The position numbers were made by a program, and so were the translations under genes. From positions 1 through 51,306 of the forward strand of contig CAYXEW010000005.1 of assembly GCA_964464115.1 (NCBI GenBank): 51,306 nucleotides of DNA, written 5' to 3'. This DNA comes from an uncultured Verrucomicrobiota bacterium (GTDB lineage: Bacteria > Verrucomicrobiota > Kiritimatiellia > CAYTQP01 > CAYXEW01). The notes beneath the pieces are model-generated. The model searched no databases. It worked only from the letters and a program-made list of their open reading frames with translations, and had not been told where the DNA came from. Shown here piece by piece: positions 36,259 through 45,139 of the stretch (positions are counted from its first letter, which is position 1; every line of letters starts with the position of its first letter).

Positions 36259-37470
36259 ATGAAGATTTTATTCATAACGCCAAGACTGCCGCACAGCGGC
36301 GTCGTCAGCGGACACCTGCTTGTTCGGAAACGGATTAAGACGCTGCTTCGCAGGGGGCACCAGGTGGATTTAGTGACCTTTGTCACAGCTGAGGACGTTC
36401 AGTACATTGAAGAGGTTCGCTCTTTGGTCAATCAGCTTGAACTCGTGCAGCGTCCGCGCTTTAAATCCGGCCTGATCAATTTTCTGCAGTTCTGTTACAG
36501 TCACGTTCCACCCCCGTATATCAACGACCGCTCGCGCTCCATGAGCCGCTGCGTGGGCAATATGATGAATCGTGAAAAATATGATTTGATTATTGCGGAG
36601 TATTCGAAGATGGGACAGTTTCTTTATCGCAACCGCTACCTCTCATCGGTCCGTAAAATCATCTCCTGTCACCACTCGCCAACGGTTTCCATGCGAAAAA
36701 AGCTGCGGTTGTTCGGTCATGGCATAACCGCCATAGCAGATCAGTTGTTCATCAATAAAACGCAGCAGTATGAGTTTCAAATGTACCGCGAAATGGATCG
36801 CGTGCTCGTCCTCACGGCGGAGGAAAAGAACGAATTGCTGAGCTATGGACTGAATGTGCCGGTAAGTGTTATTCCCAACGGTGTGAATGTAGACTATTTT
36901 CGCCGCCCCGGCTCCGTCTGCGTGGAACATCCGAGCCTGTTGTTTACCGGCTTTTTTGCCGATTACGCCAATGCCGACGCCGCCCGCTGGTTTCTGAAAA
37001 AAGTGTGGCCGGCGCTGCGCTCCCGCCACCGGGATCTGCATATTTATCTGGTAGGCCCCGAACCGCCTCGCGAATTGCAGCAAATGGCGGCCCAAGATGA
37101 TCGCGTTGTCTTGACGGGCCGGCTCGACGATGTGAGGCCTTATTTGAATCGGGCGACGGTGTTTGTTTGCCCCATTCGAACGGGTTCGGGCATGCGCGGA
37201 AAAATCCTGGAGGCCATGGCGTCAAAAGTGCCGGTGGTGACGACCCGCATAGGCAGCGAGGGGATTGATACCAAGACGGGCTTCAACTGTTTTGTCGCTG
37301 ATCACGAGGATGAGATGGTTTCAGATATTGAGCTTTTGCTGCACGATTCGCTGTTGCGTGCCCGTATGGCGGACCGAGCCTATGAGATGGTGGCAGAGCG
37401 CTACACCTGGGAATACGGCGTCGATCGGCTCGAAGAGATTATGAAGGAAGTGACGGGCGACCGCCTGTAA
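36259..37470 (+). CDS. Glycosyltransferase family 4 (GT-B fold)
   Basis: MKILFITPRLPH.. at the N-terminus and the C-terminal E-x7-E region GSGMRGKILEAMASKVPVVTTRIGSEGI. The track ORF opens 3 codons earlier at TTG 36250. Confidence 0.85.
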   Translation: MKILFITPRLPHSGVVSGHLLVRKRIKTLLRRGHQVDLVTFVTAEDVQYIEEVRSLVNQLELVQRPRFKSGLINFLQFCYSHVPPPYINDRSRSMSRCVGNMMNREKYDLIIAEYSKMGQFLYRNRYLSSVRKIISCHHSPTVSMRKKLRLFGHGITAIADQLFINKTQQYEFQMYREMDRVLVLTAEEKNELLSYGLNVPVSVIPNGVNVDYFRRPGSVCVEHPSLLFTGFFADYANADAARWFLKKVWPALRSRHRDLHIYLVGPEPPRELQQMAAQDDRVVLTGRLDDVRPYLNRATVFVCPIRTGSGMRGKILEAMASKVPVVTTRIGSEGIDTKTGFNCFVADHEDEMVSDIELLLHDSLLRARMADRAYEMVAERYTWEYGVDRLEEIMKEVTGDRL

Positions 37471-37475
37471 CACTT

Positions 37476-38168
37476 TTACCGCTCCGGTAGACGGTCGCCG
37501 GCTGCTCCGTTCGTGTTGGATGGGTGAACAGCGCGCCCGGCCGGAAGGCTGACATAGATGTGATTGGTAACGTATTGCTTGCGCAGGTGGGTTACCAGTT
37601 GAATGCGGATCGCCTCCGGAAAACTGCCGTCACGATTAGTCCAGGCGGCCTTCCACTCATCGTTTTTAAACGTATCCACTTCGAGTTTCAGGGCCTTGCG
37701 GCACAGCGCGTTTGTTTGAAAACCTTTCATGGAGCCGGGGCCGGCCACGGCCCGCTCTTTCCTGAACAGCGTCAGCTCACCTTTTCTCCCAGGTTGGATA
37801 GTATAAGCGACTTCGGTGAACCGTACCCGAGGCAGCCCCTTTCGCCATATACCCGAAGTTCTGACAAAATGCAGAATATCTTCACCGCTCTGCTCGTATT
37901 CCGGTTCCAGCAGAAGGCCCTCCGGAAGATATGCGTGGGCTGTTACTTGTTTGAGATCATCCGCCATGCGGTGAAGGGCTGTCTGGGGTTCTGTCTTCTT
38001 ATGCTGATGCTGCTGACGAGTCCAGACATTACTGACGGTGGAAAAGGTGAACGCCAGCAACCCCAGCACAACGGCACCCAGCGCGATAGCTATCAACAGC
38101 TCAATTAACGTAAAACCCCCGCTCCGTTCAAAAGGCGGGCCGCCCCTCAGCTTTAGCTTACAGCACAT
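37476..38168 (-). CDS. Prepilin-type N-terminal cleavage/methylation domain protein (GspJ-like pseudopilin)
   Basis: ..RSGG/FTLIELLIAIALGAVVLGLLAFTF has the class III signal peptide with Glu at +5. At 230 aa it is larger than a major pseudopilin. Confidence 0.8.
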   Translation of the reverse strand: MCCKLKLRGGPPFERSGGFTLIELLIAIALGAVVLGLLAFTFSTVSNVWTRQQHQHKKTEPQTALHRMADDLKQVTAHAYLPEGLLLEPEYEQSGEDILHFVRTSGIWRKGLPRVRFTEVAYTIQPGRKGELTLFRKERAVAGPGSMKGFQTNALCRKALKLEVDTFKNDEWKAAWTNRDGSFPEAIRIQLVTHLRKQYVTNHIYVSLPAGRAVHPSNTNGAAGDRLPER

Positions 38169-38179
38169 GATCGGCTTTT

Positions 38180-38677
38180 TCAGGAGCAGAGAAAGAGCCG
38201 GTAAAGCAGAAACAGCACCGCGGCAACAGCCAGCGTTCCGACTACCGAAATCAATACAATCCAGAGCGTTTTTTTGCTCTTCCGTGTTCCGAAAGGCGAT
38301 ATGTTGTCAAATGCGGTGGGGGCCGTAGCGGGACCGCTGGACTCTTCAACCCGGGTGCCTGTTGAGACCTCTTCTTTAGGCACAACGGCATCGTTTGCAT
38401 CAAACATGAATTCAAGGTTGCCGAGTTGAACTAAATCTTTGGGTTTCAGATGGGCTTCTTCAACTTCCTGCCCGTTCACCCTCGTCCCATTGGTAGACTT
38501 CAGGTCTTTCAACGTGTACTGCTTGCCTTCTTTGGTGATCCTGGCATGGCTTCCGGATATGGTGGGGTGTTCAATGGTAATGATATTGTTGCTGTTGCGG
38601 CCGATGCTCACCCGCGATTCATTAAATTCAAAAATCTCACCTTTGATATCTGCTGACATACCTATTAACATGGCCAT
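38180..38677 (-). CDS. FHA-domain protein with C-terminal membrane anchor
   Basis: FHA core VSIGRNSNNIITIEHPTISGSHARI..YTLKDLKSTNGTRVNGQEV and a C-terminal TM segment LWIVLISVVGTLAVAAVLFLLY. It ends 11 nt before the pseudopilin gene. Confidence 0.85.
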   Translation of the reverse strand: MAMLIGMSADIKGEIFEFNESRVSIGRNSNNIITIEHPTISGSHARITKEGKQYTLKDLKSTNGTRVNGQEVEEAHLKPKDLVQLGNLEFMFDANDAVVPKEEVSTGTRVEESSGPATAPTAFDNISPFGTRKSKKTLWIVLISVVGTLAVAAVLFLLYRLFLCS

Positions 38678-38770
38678 AGCGGCAACCTCCGGTCTTTAAA
38701 ACCCAGTTTTTTATTGATGCATGTATGATTTATAACGATCACACAAAAATAAAGCAACCCACACTTTTTG

Positions 38771-40057
38771 TTAACTTTTTTCCTTCCAAACGTTGATACC
38801 TCGATAAAATGTGGCGACGCTGCGCCCTGTGAACCTTCGCCCCGCAAAGCAGCTGTTGGTGGAGCGCGAGGCGAACTGCGCCGGATCTACCTGCCATTCA
38901 TCCCGCAGATTCAGTAGCGCGATATGAGCCGGGGCCCCCGGCTGCAACGACGGCCGCTCCGTCTGTATGATGTCGGCCGGCGCTGTCGTCCATTTCTTCA
39001 CCCAGTCCAAAAGTGTCATTTGACCGGATTTTACCAGCGCCGTATACGTTGCACCAATAGCCGTTTCCAGCCCGACGACCCCGAAAGGAGCCTCTCTGAA
39101 TCCCCGCTGCTTCTGTTCATGGCTGTGTGGGGCGTGATCGGTGGCGAAGCAATCAATGACTCCGCTGACTATTCCCGCAGTCAGTTGCTCCTTGTCTGCA
39201 CGGGAACGGAGCGGGGGATTCATTTTAAAATTCGCGTCCTCACCAGGTATATCTTCATCGCAGAGTACCAGATGATGCGGCGTCAGCTCTGTCGTTATGC
39301 GAATGCCTCTTTCTTTGGCCTCGGCCAGCAGGAGAAGGCTGGCCCCCGCTGTTATATGCTGTATGTGCAGGTGACACCCCGTTTCTTCCGCCAGCTCGAT
39401 GTCCCGCCTGACCACATCCGTCTCTGCCGTGTCCGGAATGCCGGGCAACCCCTTTTTAGCGGAAACGGCACCCCTGTGCATCACCCCCGTTTTTTCAGCT
39501 TCTCTGGATTGTGCATGATCCATTACCGGCCGATTCAGCTCTGCCGCCCGCAGCATGGCGGCCTTCATCGTGCACCGATCCGTAACCGTGGAACCATCGT
39601 CGGTAAAGGCCACGGCACCCGCCTGAACCAGGGCTCCCAGGTCTGCCACTTCGCAGCCCTCCCTGCCGCGCGTAATACAGGCGGCGGGCAGCACTTCGGC
39701 GCAGCCGGCTTTGACGGATTCTCTGACCGACCATTCCAACAATTCCGGAGAGTCCATGGGGGGCGTTGTATTGGGCATTGTCACGACCCTCGAAAAGCCG
39801 CCCCGGGCTGCAGCCCGGCAGCCAGTCGCAATTGTTTCCGCCTCCTCGCGGCCCGGTTCGCGGAAGTGGACGTGTATATCAATGAAAGAGGGAACGGCCG
39901 TCAGGCCCGTTGCATCGATGACCTCGCAGCCGTCCGGCAAGCGTGCGGGCTTAGGCACAATCAGTCCCCCCTCAAAGTACAGGTCACCCGTATAAGTCTT
40001 GTCGGTGGCAGGGCACACACACACCGCATTTTTAAGCAATACCATTTTTGGCTCCAT
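38771..40057 (-). CDS. pyrC: Dihydroorotase
   Basis: IDIHVHFREPG, TMPNTTPP and FATDHAPH. I place the start at ATG 40057 (MEPKMVLLKN, 428 aa). The longer track ORF (to 40234) would overlap the divergent lipoprotein gene. Confidence 0.9.
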   Translation of the reverse strand: MEPKMVLLKNAVCVCPATDKTYTGDLYFEGGLIVPKPARLPDGCEVIDATGLTAVPSFIDIHVHFREPGREEAETIATGCRAAARGGFSRVVTMPNTTPPMDSPELLEWSVRESVKAGCAEVLPAACITRGREGCEVADLGALVQAGAVAFTDDGSTVTDRCTMKAAMLRAAELNRPVMDHAQSREAEKTGVMHRGAVSAKKGLPGIPDTAETDVVRRDIELAEETGCHLHIQHITAGASLLLLAEAKERGIRITTELTPHHLVLCDEDIPGEDANFKMNPPLRSRADKEQLTAGIVSGVIDCFATDHAPHSHEQKQRGFREAPFGVVGLETAIGATYTALVKSGQMTLLDWVKKWTTAPADIIQTERPSLQPGAPAHIALLNLRDEWQVDPAQFASRSTNSCFAGRRFTGRSVATFYRGINVWKEKS

Positions 40058-40163
40058 ATCAAATCCTCGGCTCTTTTGTGATAAAGGCTTGGCTGTTTCG
40101 TAACAACGTAGTATATACACCATTGTAACGCCGTTTCCATAAAGTTGTGAATGGATTTGAGAT

Positions 40164-40598
40164 ATGAAAAAACTGAGTTGTCTCTTGCTTGCGATCGTGT
40201 TCTTGGCCGGTTGCTCTACCACGTCTTCCCGCATTCATAAACATGCCGCCCTGTTTGATTCGCTGCCCCCCGAACAACAGGTTCAGATCAGGGCCGGCGA
40301 AGTTGCTGTCGGCTTTACAGAACCCATGGTGTTCATGGCGCTGGGGCATCCGTCCCGGCAGTATACCCGCGTTACGGCCGCCGGTGATTCAGTCATCTGG
40401 TCCTACGTCGGCTATCAGACGAAGACGGAGCGGCAACGGGTACAGGGCGGTTTGTTTCGGGTAAAGGCTTCCGATGGGAAATATTATACCGTTCGGGACG
40501 ATGCCTGGATTGATGTCGATACTCGCATTGAATATGAGATGACCCGGATCGAATTTGTTGAGGGGCGCGTCACCGCGGTTGAACAGGTGAGTCGCTGA
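40164..40598 (+). CDS. Lipoprotein, BamE/SmpA-OmlA-like
   Basis: The lipobox MKKLSCLLLAIVFLAGC, then ..IRAGEVAVGFTEPMVFMALGHPS.., which resembles the BamE-fold motif. Confidence 0.7.
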   Translation: MKKLSCLLLAIVFLAGCSTTSSRIHKHAALFDSLPPEQQVQIRAGEVAVGFTEPMVFMALGHPSRQYTRVTAAGDSVIWSYVGYQTKTERQRVQGGLFRVKASDGKYYTVRDDAWIDVDTRIEYEMTRIEFVEGRVTAVEQVSR

Positions 40599-40614
40599 GG
40601 TCGATTTCTTCGGT

Positions 40615-41931
40615 TCATGAATCAAACCGGAGCGGCTGACCCGTCGTTTCGTGAACGCTGATCCAGAGGTCGCTCTCCGGATCCACTACTTTCCTGTCTC
40701 GCGTCGCCAGCGCGATCGGGACGTGAATAAAATAATCGTTGAGCAGTCCAATCAGCATATCAGTTTTTCCGGCCATAGCGGCATGAACGGCATTTCTCGC
40801 GAGGCGGTCGCAGAGCAGGCTGTCATCGCTGTTGGCCGGTACGCTGCGGATAATATAACTCGGATCAAAATACTTCACCGTTACTTCCATACCGTTTTTA
40901 TCAAAGTAGTCTTTGATGATTCCTTTCAGATAAATGCCGATGTCCTGAAACACGACATTGCCCGAGGCATCAATCTGCGCATCCTTTTCGTCGAAGAGAT
41001 GCTGGCCCGCTCCCTCTGCGACAGCAATGACAGCATGACTTTTTCTGAACAAGCGTTTTTTCAGCAGTGCCAGAAAGCCGGAGGGGCCGTCCAGATTAAA
41101 AGGGATTTCAGGAACCAGGCAGAAGTTCACTTCCTGGCTCGCCAGTGTGGCTGCGGTCGCGATAAAGCCGGACTCGCGGCCCATCAGTTTGACCAGCCCA
41201 ATGCCGTTGGGGGCTCCCTTGGCTTCCACATGAGCGCAGTCCAGAACCTTGCGGGCCTCTTCGATAGCGGTGTTGAAACCGAACGTTCGTGAAACATAAA
41301 GAATGTCGTTGTCGATCGTTTTCGGGATGCCGATGACTGAAATCGGCGCTTTGCGCTCTGCTATTTCAGCGGCAATGGCATGAGCACCCCGCTGTGTGCC
41401 GTCACCGCCGATGCAAAAAAGAATCTGTATGTTGTGACTCTGTAGAAAATCGACTGATGTCGCGACGTCCTGATGCCCGCGCGATGAGCTGAGAATCGTT
41501 CCGCCGACCTTGTGGATATCCTCCACAATGTCGTGCGTCAGTGTGATGGGAGGTAGGCCGTATTTAGGGATAAGGCCACGAAAGCCGTGCTGGATGCCGT
41601 AGACTTCGCGCACCCCGTAAATATAGAGCTGGCGGAAAAGGGATCGGACAACATTATTGATGCCGGGGCAAAGCCCGCCGCAGGTGACAATGGCGGCGGT
41701 CGTTTGTCCGGGCACAAAAAAGAGATGTTTACGGGCTCCCGCCTTTTCAAAACAGATGTCCGGATCTCCGTCCTCGCCGTTGTTCTCCGTAATGTGATGG
41801 CGCACCCGGGCTTCATCCGGGGTGAAGTTGCCCACGCCGTCTCCTACAACTGTCGAGAGGGGCAGGGGCGACATGGTTTGTCCCTTTCCCAAATGGCTCA
41901 CTCGTACATCATCGTTAGTTAAATTCATCAT
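40615..41931 (-). CDS. 6-phosphofructokinase (long PfkA-family enzyme, probably ATP-dependent)
   Basis: AAIVTCGGLCPGINNVV, FCIGGDGTQRGA, IGIPKTIDNDI and VKLMGRESGFIA. Length 438 aa. Confidence 0.92.
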   Translation of the reverse strand: MMNLTNDDVRVSHLGKGQTMSPLPLSTVVGDGVGNFTPDEARVRHHITENNGEDGDPDICFEKAGARKHLFFVPGQTTAAIVTCGGLCPGINNVVRSLFRQLYIYGVREVYGIQHGFRGLIPKYGLPPITLTHDIVEDIHKVGGTILSSSRGHQDVATSVDFLQSHNIQILFCIGGDGTQRGAHAIAAEIAERKAPISVIGIPKTIDNDILYVSRTFGFNTAIEEARKVLDCAHVEAKGAPNGIGLVKLMGRESGFIATAATLASQEVNFCLVPEIPFNLDGPSGFLALLKKRLFRKSHAVIAVAEGAGQHLFDEKDAQIDASGNVVFQDIGIYLKGIIKDYFDKNGMEVTVKYFDPSYIIRSVPANSDDSLLCDRLARNAVHAAMAGKTDMLIGLLNDYFIHVPIALATRDRKVVDPESDLWISVHETTGQPLRFDS

Positions 41932-42039
41932 CTATCTCGCTTTTAAAAGTGCTCATCCTATCGATCCTATTAATTTTTGCAACAGTCGGATGGTTTGTTT
42001 TATATCAGGATGAGCGCGGGGCGCGCGTCTGTCGGAAAA

Positions 42040-42510
42040 CTATTCTGCCAGGGCCCAGAGGTGAAACCGGCTGTTTTTGTCGAGCTGATCGGCGCTTCGT
42101 ACACTGTACAGGTCTCCGCATACATCGCGAATCAGAATGCGTCCCCCCGGCATTTTTCTGGGCCACTCATCCAGCTCCGTTTGAAAAGTCCTGTAAACAC
42201 CATCAACCTCAACCTCCCACAGCCGAATTTCCAACTGCTTTCTGATGTTCAGAATGCGGGTGATTTCCAGGGTGTGGGCCCCGACTTCCAGGGCCTCCTG
42301 CAACAGCTCCCGGGATTCATCGTCCAGTTCAGAGATGTCGTCAACCAGTACCAGTTCACGACCTTCCAAATTAAAAATGGCAATATAGTGATGGGGCGCT
42401 TTCCATGGAAAACAACAGTAGGGCCGCACAGCGGTTTCCGGGCCATCCTGTTGCGCCATCATCAATTGCCCGTCAGCTCTTTTCGTAAATGTTGGTGTTG
42501 TATTACTCAT
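42040..42510 (-). CDS. DUF1854 family protein
   Basis: ..VRPYCCFPWKAPHHYIAIFNLEGRELVLVDDISELDDESRELLQEAL.. fits my recollection of DUF1854 proteins that follow a dedicated ABC exporter. I place the start at ATG 42510 (MSNTTPTF), 31 nt after the ABC stop. The track ORF runs to 42654, inside the ABC gene. Confidence 0.7.
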   Translation of the reverse strand: MSNTTPTFTKRADGQLMMAQQDGPETAVRPYCCFPWKAPHHYIAIFNLEGRELVLVDDISELDDESRELLQEALEVGAHTLEITRILNIRKQLEIRLWEVEVDGVYRTFQTELDEWPRKMPGGRILIRDVCGDLYSVRSADQLDKNSRFHLWALAE

Positions 42511-42541
42511 TTTTTCAGCACGGTTACTCCGTAATTTTATA

Positions 42542-44875
42542 CTATACCGCAAATTGTTCATGCAGTTGATGCTGTAATTCATAGAGATGCTTAAATACGC
42601 CATCTTCCATTTGCAGCAGTTCTTCATGTGTGCCGGATTCGACCAGTCGTCCATCTTTTAAAACCAGCAGGCGGTCGGCCCTTTTGAGTGTCGACAGCCT
42701 GTGGGCAATGGCAATAACAGTCCGCCCTTGAACCAGCCGTTGCAGCGCTTCCTGGATGTTGCGTTCCGTTTCAGTGTCCACGTTGCTGGTTGCCTCATCC
42801 AGGATGAGTATCTGCGGATTGTGCAGAATCGCGCGCGCGATGGAGATGCGCTGGCGCTCACCACCCGAGAGCGTTTGCCCCCGCTCTCCGACAGCGGTCT
42901 CGTAGCCCTCGGGAAGCTTGCAAATAAATTCATGGGCATTGGCCGCCCGTGCGGCTTCAATAATGGCGGCGGGGGACGGATCGTCCAGTCCGTAACCGAT
43001 GTTGTCCAGAATGGTCCCGTGAAAGAGATAGGGCTCCTGCAGGACAATGCCCACTTTTCTGCGATAGGTGCCGAGGTCGAGGTTCCTGATATCGTAACCG
43101 TCTATTTTGATTGACCCTTCCGAGACATCATAAAAGCGGGCAATCAGGTTGATAAGGGTACTCTTGCCGGCCCCTGACGGCCCGACTAAACCGATCATTT
43201 CGCCTGGTTTCACCGCGAAGTTGATGTCGTGAAGCACGCGCCGGACGCCGTCGTAGGAAAATCCGACGCCGGTAAATGTAATGCCTCCATCGAGGTGCTC
43301 GACCGGAACGGCATCACCCTGCTCCCGGATCTGTGGCTGTGTGTCCAGAATCTCGAACACGCGGTATGCCGAACTGACCGCTCTGTTCATCATGCGGGTA
43401 ATTTGTCCAATGACCTCGAGAGGGTGCATAAACATCATCACATAAAAAAGAAAGGCCACAAAGGTGCCCGGTGACAGCGTCGGGGACCCGTTGCCGAGAA
43501 CGCGCGGCAGTGCAAAAACCCAGACGGCGACCGTCATGGCATGAAATGAAAGCATCAGGCGCGGCCAGAAATTGGTCCATACCACATGAACATCATTGAA
43601 TACATTCATCGAATCGCGGTTGCGCTCGCCGAAACGTTTGATTTCACGAGCCTCCTGATTAAACGCTTTGACCACACGGATGCCGGGAATCGTGCCGGAT
43701 ACCAGTGCCGTCAGGTGAGACCACTTGCGCCACGCCCGCAGAAAGATCCGGCTGATTTTCTTGCTGTGCCGGTAAAAAGCCCAGAAATAGAAAGGTACGG
43801 GTACCACCATAAGCAGGCCCAGCTTCCAGTCCATATAGACCAGAACGCTTCCCAGCCCAATCAGCATGAGAATAGACATGCTCACTTCAATAATGCCGAA
43901 AGCAATAAAATCCCAAAGCCTGTCTGTATCCGAGCTGACTCGGCTGATGATGCTGCCCGTCTGTTTGCGCGAAAAGAAACGCATACTCAGGCTCTGTAGA
44001 TGATCGTACAGATCCCTGCGCAAGTCATGGGCCACGTACTCTCCGAGACGTGACATGGTGCGCAGCCGGATCCACAAACAGAGAGAGCGCACTGTGAATA
44101 CCGTTGCGAGCAGGGCAATACTGCCCCAGAGAATGCGGGCGGAATCGTCGCCGACCTCCGAAGGCTTACTAAGATAGTCAATAATAAAGCCCGTCAAGTA
44201 GGGGGGCACGAGGCTCACAATAGTTAGAATGATTGCCGCAATGGCTCCGATTATGAGTTGTCTTTTATAAGGTTTTAAATAGCCCAGCAGGCGCCAGATC
44301 ACGGCCATGTTATTGCCCGACACAGCGGCCTGCGCCTCGCGAATCGGTCCGGCAACAGCGTCGGCATAAAAATCATCCGGATAACCGTGTGATGCAATAG
44401 CCGATGAAGAGAGTCTGGAATCCAGCAGGGCTTTGATGCCCTCCATCGCTCTCTGCTGTCGCTGTGTATAAAACAACTCGGCGAGGGGGGGCGTGTCGGG
44501 TCCCTCCGTCAGTATGAGCTGGTGACAGCTCAGTCCGGTCGTTTCGTGGACGCGGTGAACACGGCTTCTCTCAAGCACCTGGAAGGTCATCCCATTCGGG
44601 TCCGCAAAAATGAGGAACTCTTTTGTAAGTATGACCCAGCAGGGGGATAAACGCAGGCTGGCATCGAGATCGGTCAGGGCATAGAGCAGCATCGGCCCGT
44701 CTTTAAGGGCTTCAACCTTTTTTTGAATGGCTGGGCTTACCCGCTCCGGCTGATTGGTAAAGCGACGAATAAGATCGCGATTGAAGTCGCCGGTATGCGT
44801 AAGGCTGTTTTCAACATCATTGTGCATAGGCCATTTATACCACATAAATGAAGCAATCAAAACCTGGGGACACAT
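42542..44875 (-). CDS. ABC exporter (fused permease/ATPase, ABCB-type) with an extra ~190-aa N-terminal cytoplasmic domain
   Basis: Walker A GPSGAGKST, signature LSGGERQRISIARA, Walker B ILILDEATSNVD and a six-TM exporter core. The start is uncertain (44875, 44846 or 44827). Confidence 0.92.
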   Translation of the reverse strand: MCPQVLIASFMWYKWPMHNDVENSLTHTGDFNRDLIRRFTNQPERVSPAIQKKVEALKDGPMLLYALTDLDASLRLSPCWVILTKEFLIFADPNGMTFQVLERSRVHRVHETTGLSCHQLILTEGPDTPPLAELFYTQRQQRAMEGIKALLDSRLSSSAIASHGYPDDFYADAVAGPIREAQAAVSGNNMAVIWRLLGYLKPYKRQLIIGAIAAIILTIVSLVPPYLTGFIIDYLSKPSEVGDDSARILWGSIALLATVFTVRSLCLWIRLRTMSRLGEYVAHDLRRDLYDHLQSLSMRFFSRKQTGSIISRVSSDTDRLWDFIAFGIIEVSMSILMLIGLGSVLVYMDWKLGLLMVVPVPFYFWAFYRHSKKISRIFLRAWRKWSHLTALVSGTIPGIRVVKAFNQEAREIKRFGERNRDSMNVFNDVHVVWTNFWPRLMLSFHAMTVAVWVFALPRVLGNGSPTLSPGTFVAFLFYVMMFMHPLEVIGQITRMMNRAVSSAYRVFEILDTQPQIREQGDAVPVEHLDGGITFTGVGFSYDGVRRVLHDINFAVKPGEMIGLVGPSGAGKSTLINLIARFYDVSEGSIKIDGYDIRNLDLGTYRRKVGIVLQEPYLFHGTILDNIGYGLDDPSPAAIIEAARAANAHEFICKLPEGYETAVGERGQTLSGGERQRISIARAILHNPQILILDEATSNVDTETERNIQEALQRLVQGRTVIAIAHRLSTLKRADRLLVLKDGRLVESGTHEELLQMEDGVFKHLYELQHQLHEQFAV

Positions 44876-45098
44876 ATTTCACGGCTACTGGATAATCAGC
44901 TTGTGGAATCCATAGCTGAAGGCTGGATAGGTGGAGCACATTCTGTGTTGGCGGTTCTCTGAGAGGTTGATGAAGTGCATCTCCGTGAAGTACCGTATTG
45001 AAGGCAACATGTTAACAATTTTTATTCAGAGCACACTTGCCTTGAATTGAACAGATGTGGTAACCATGAAAGCTCTTAGTATCTAAACCAGCTTCTTA

Positions 45099-45110
45099 GG
45101 GTACGTACCC
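45099..45110. promoter_or_regulatory. Perfect 12-bp palindrome upstream of PFOR (candidate operator)
   Basis: GGGTACGTACCC lies about 30 nt upstream of the PFOR ATG, in the 264-bp divergent intergenic region shared with the ABC exporter. Confidence 0.2.
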
Positions 45111-45139
45111 AAACAGTATATGAACGGAGAGAAGATAGC

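Noticed and set aside
38924-40081. 385-aa ORF antisense to pyrC
   Set aside because: The dihydroorotase motifs (HVHFREPG, DHAPH) are on the minus strand. The antisense product is Arg/Pro/Gly-rich with no motifs.
40058-40234. N-terminal 59-codon extension of the dihydroorotase ORF
   Set aside because: The extension overlaps the divergent lipoprotein gene start and adds non-homologous sequence. ATG 40057 gives a standard 428-aa enzyme.
42511-42654. Upstream 48 codons of the DUF1854 ORF
   Set aside because: They overlap the ABC transporter 3' end. The sequence (..CCKWKMAYLSISMNYSINCMNN..) is not protein-like, and ATG 42510 follows the ABC stop by 31 nt.
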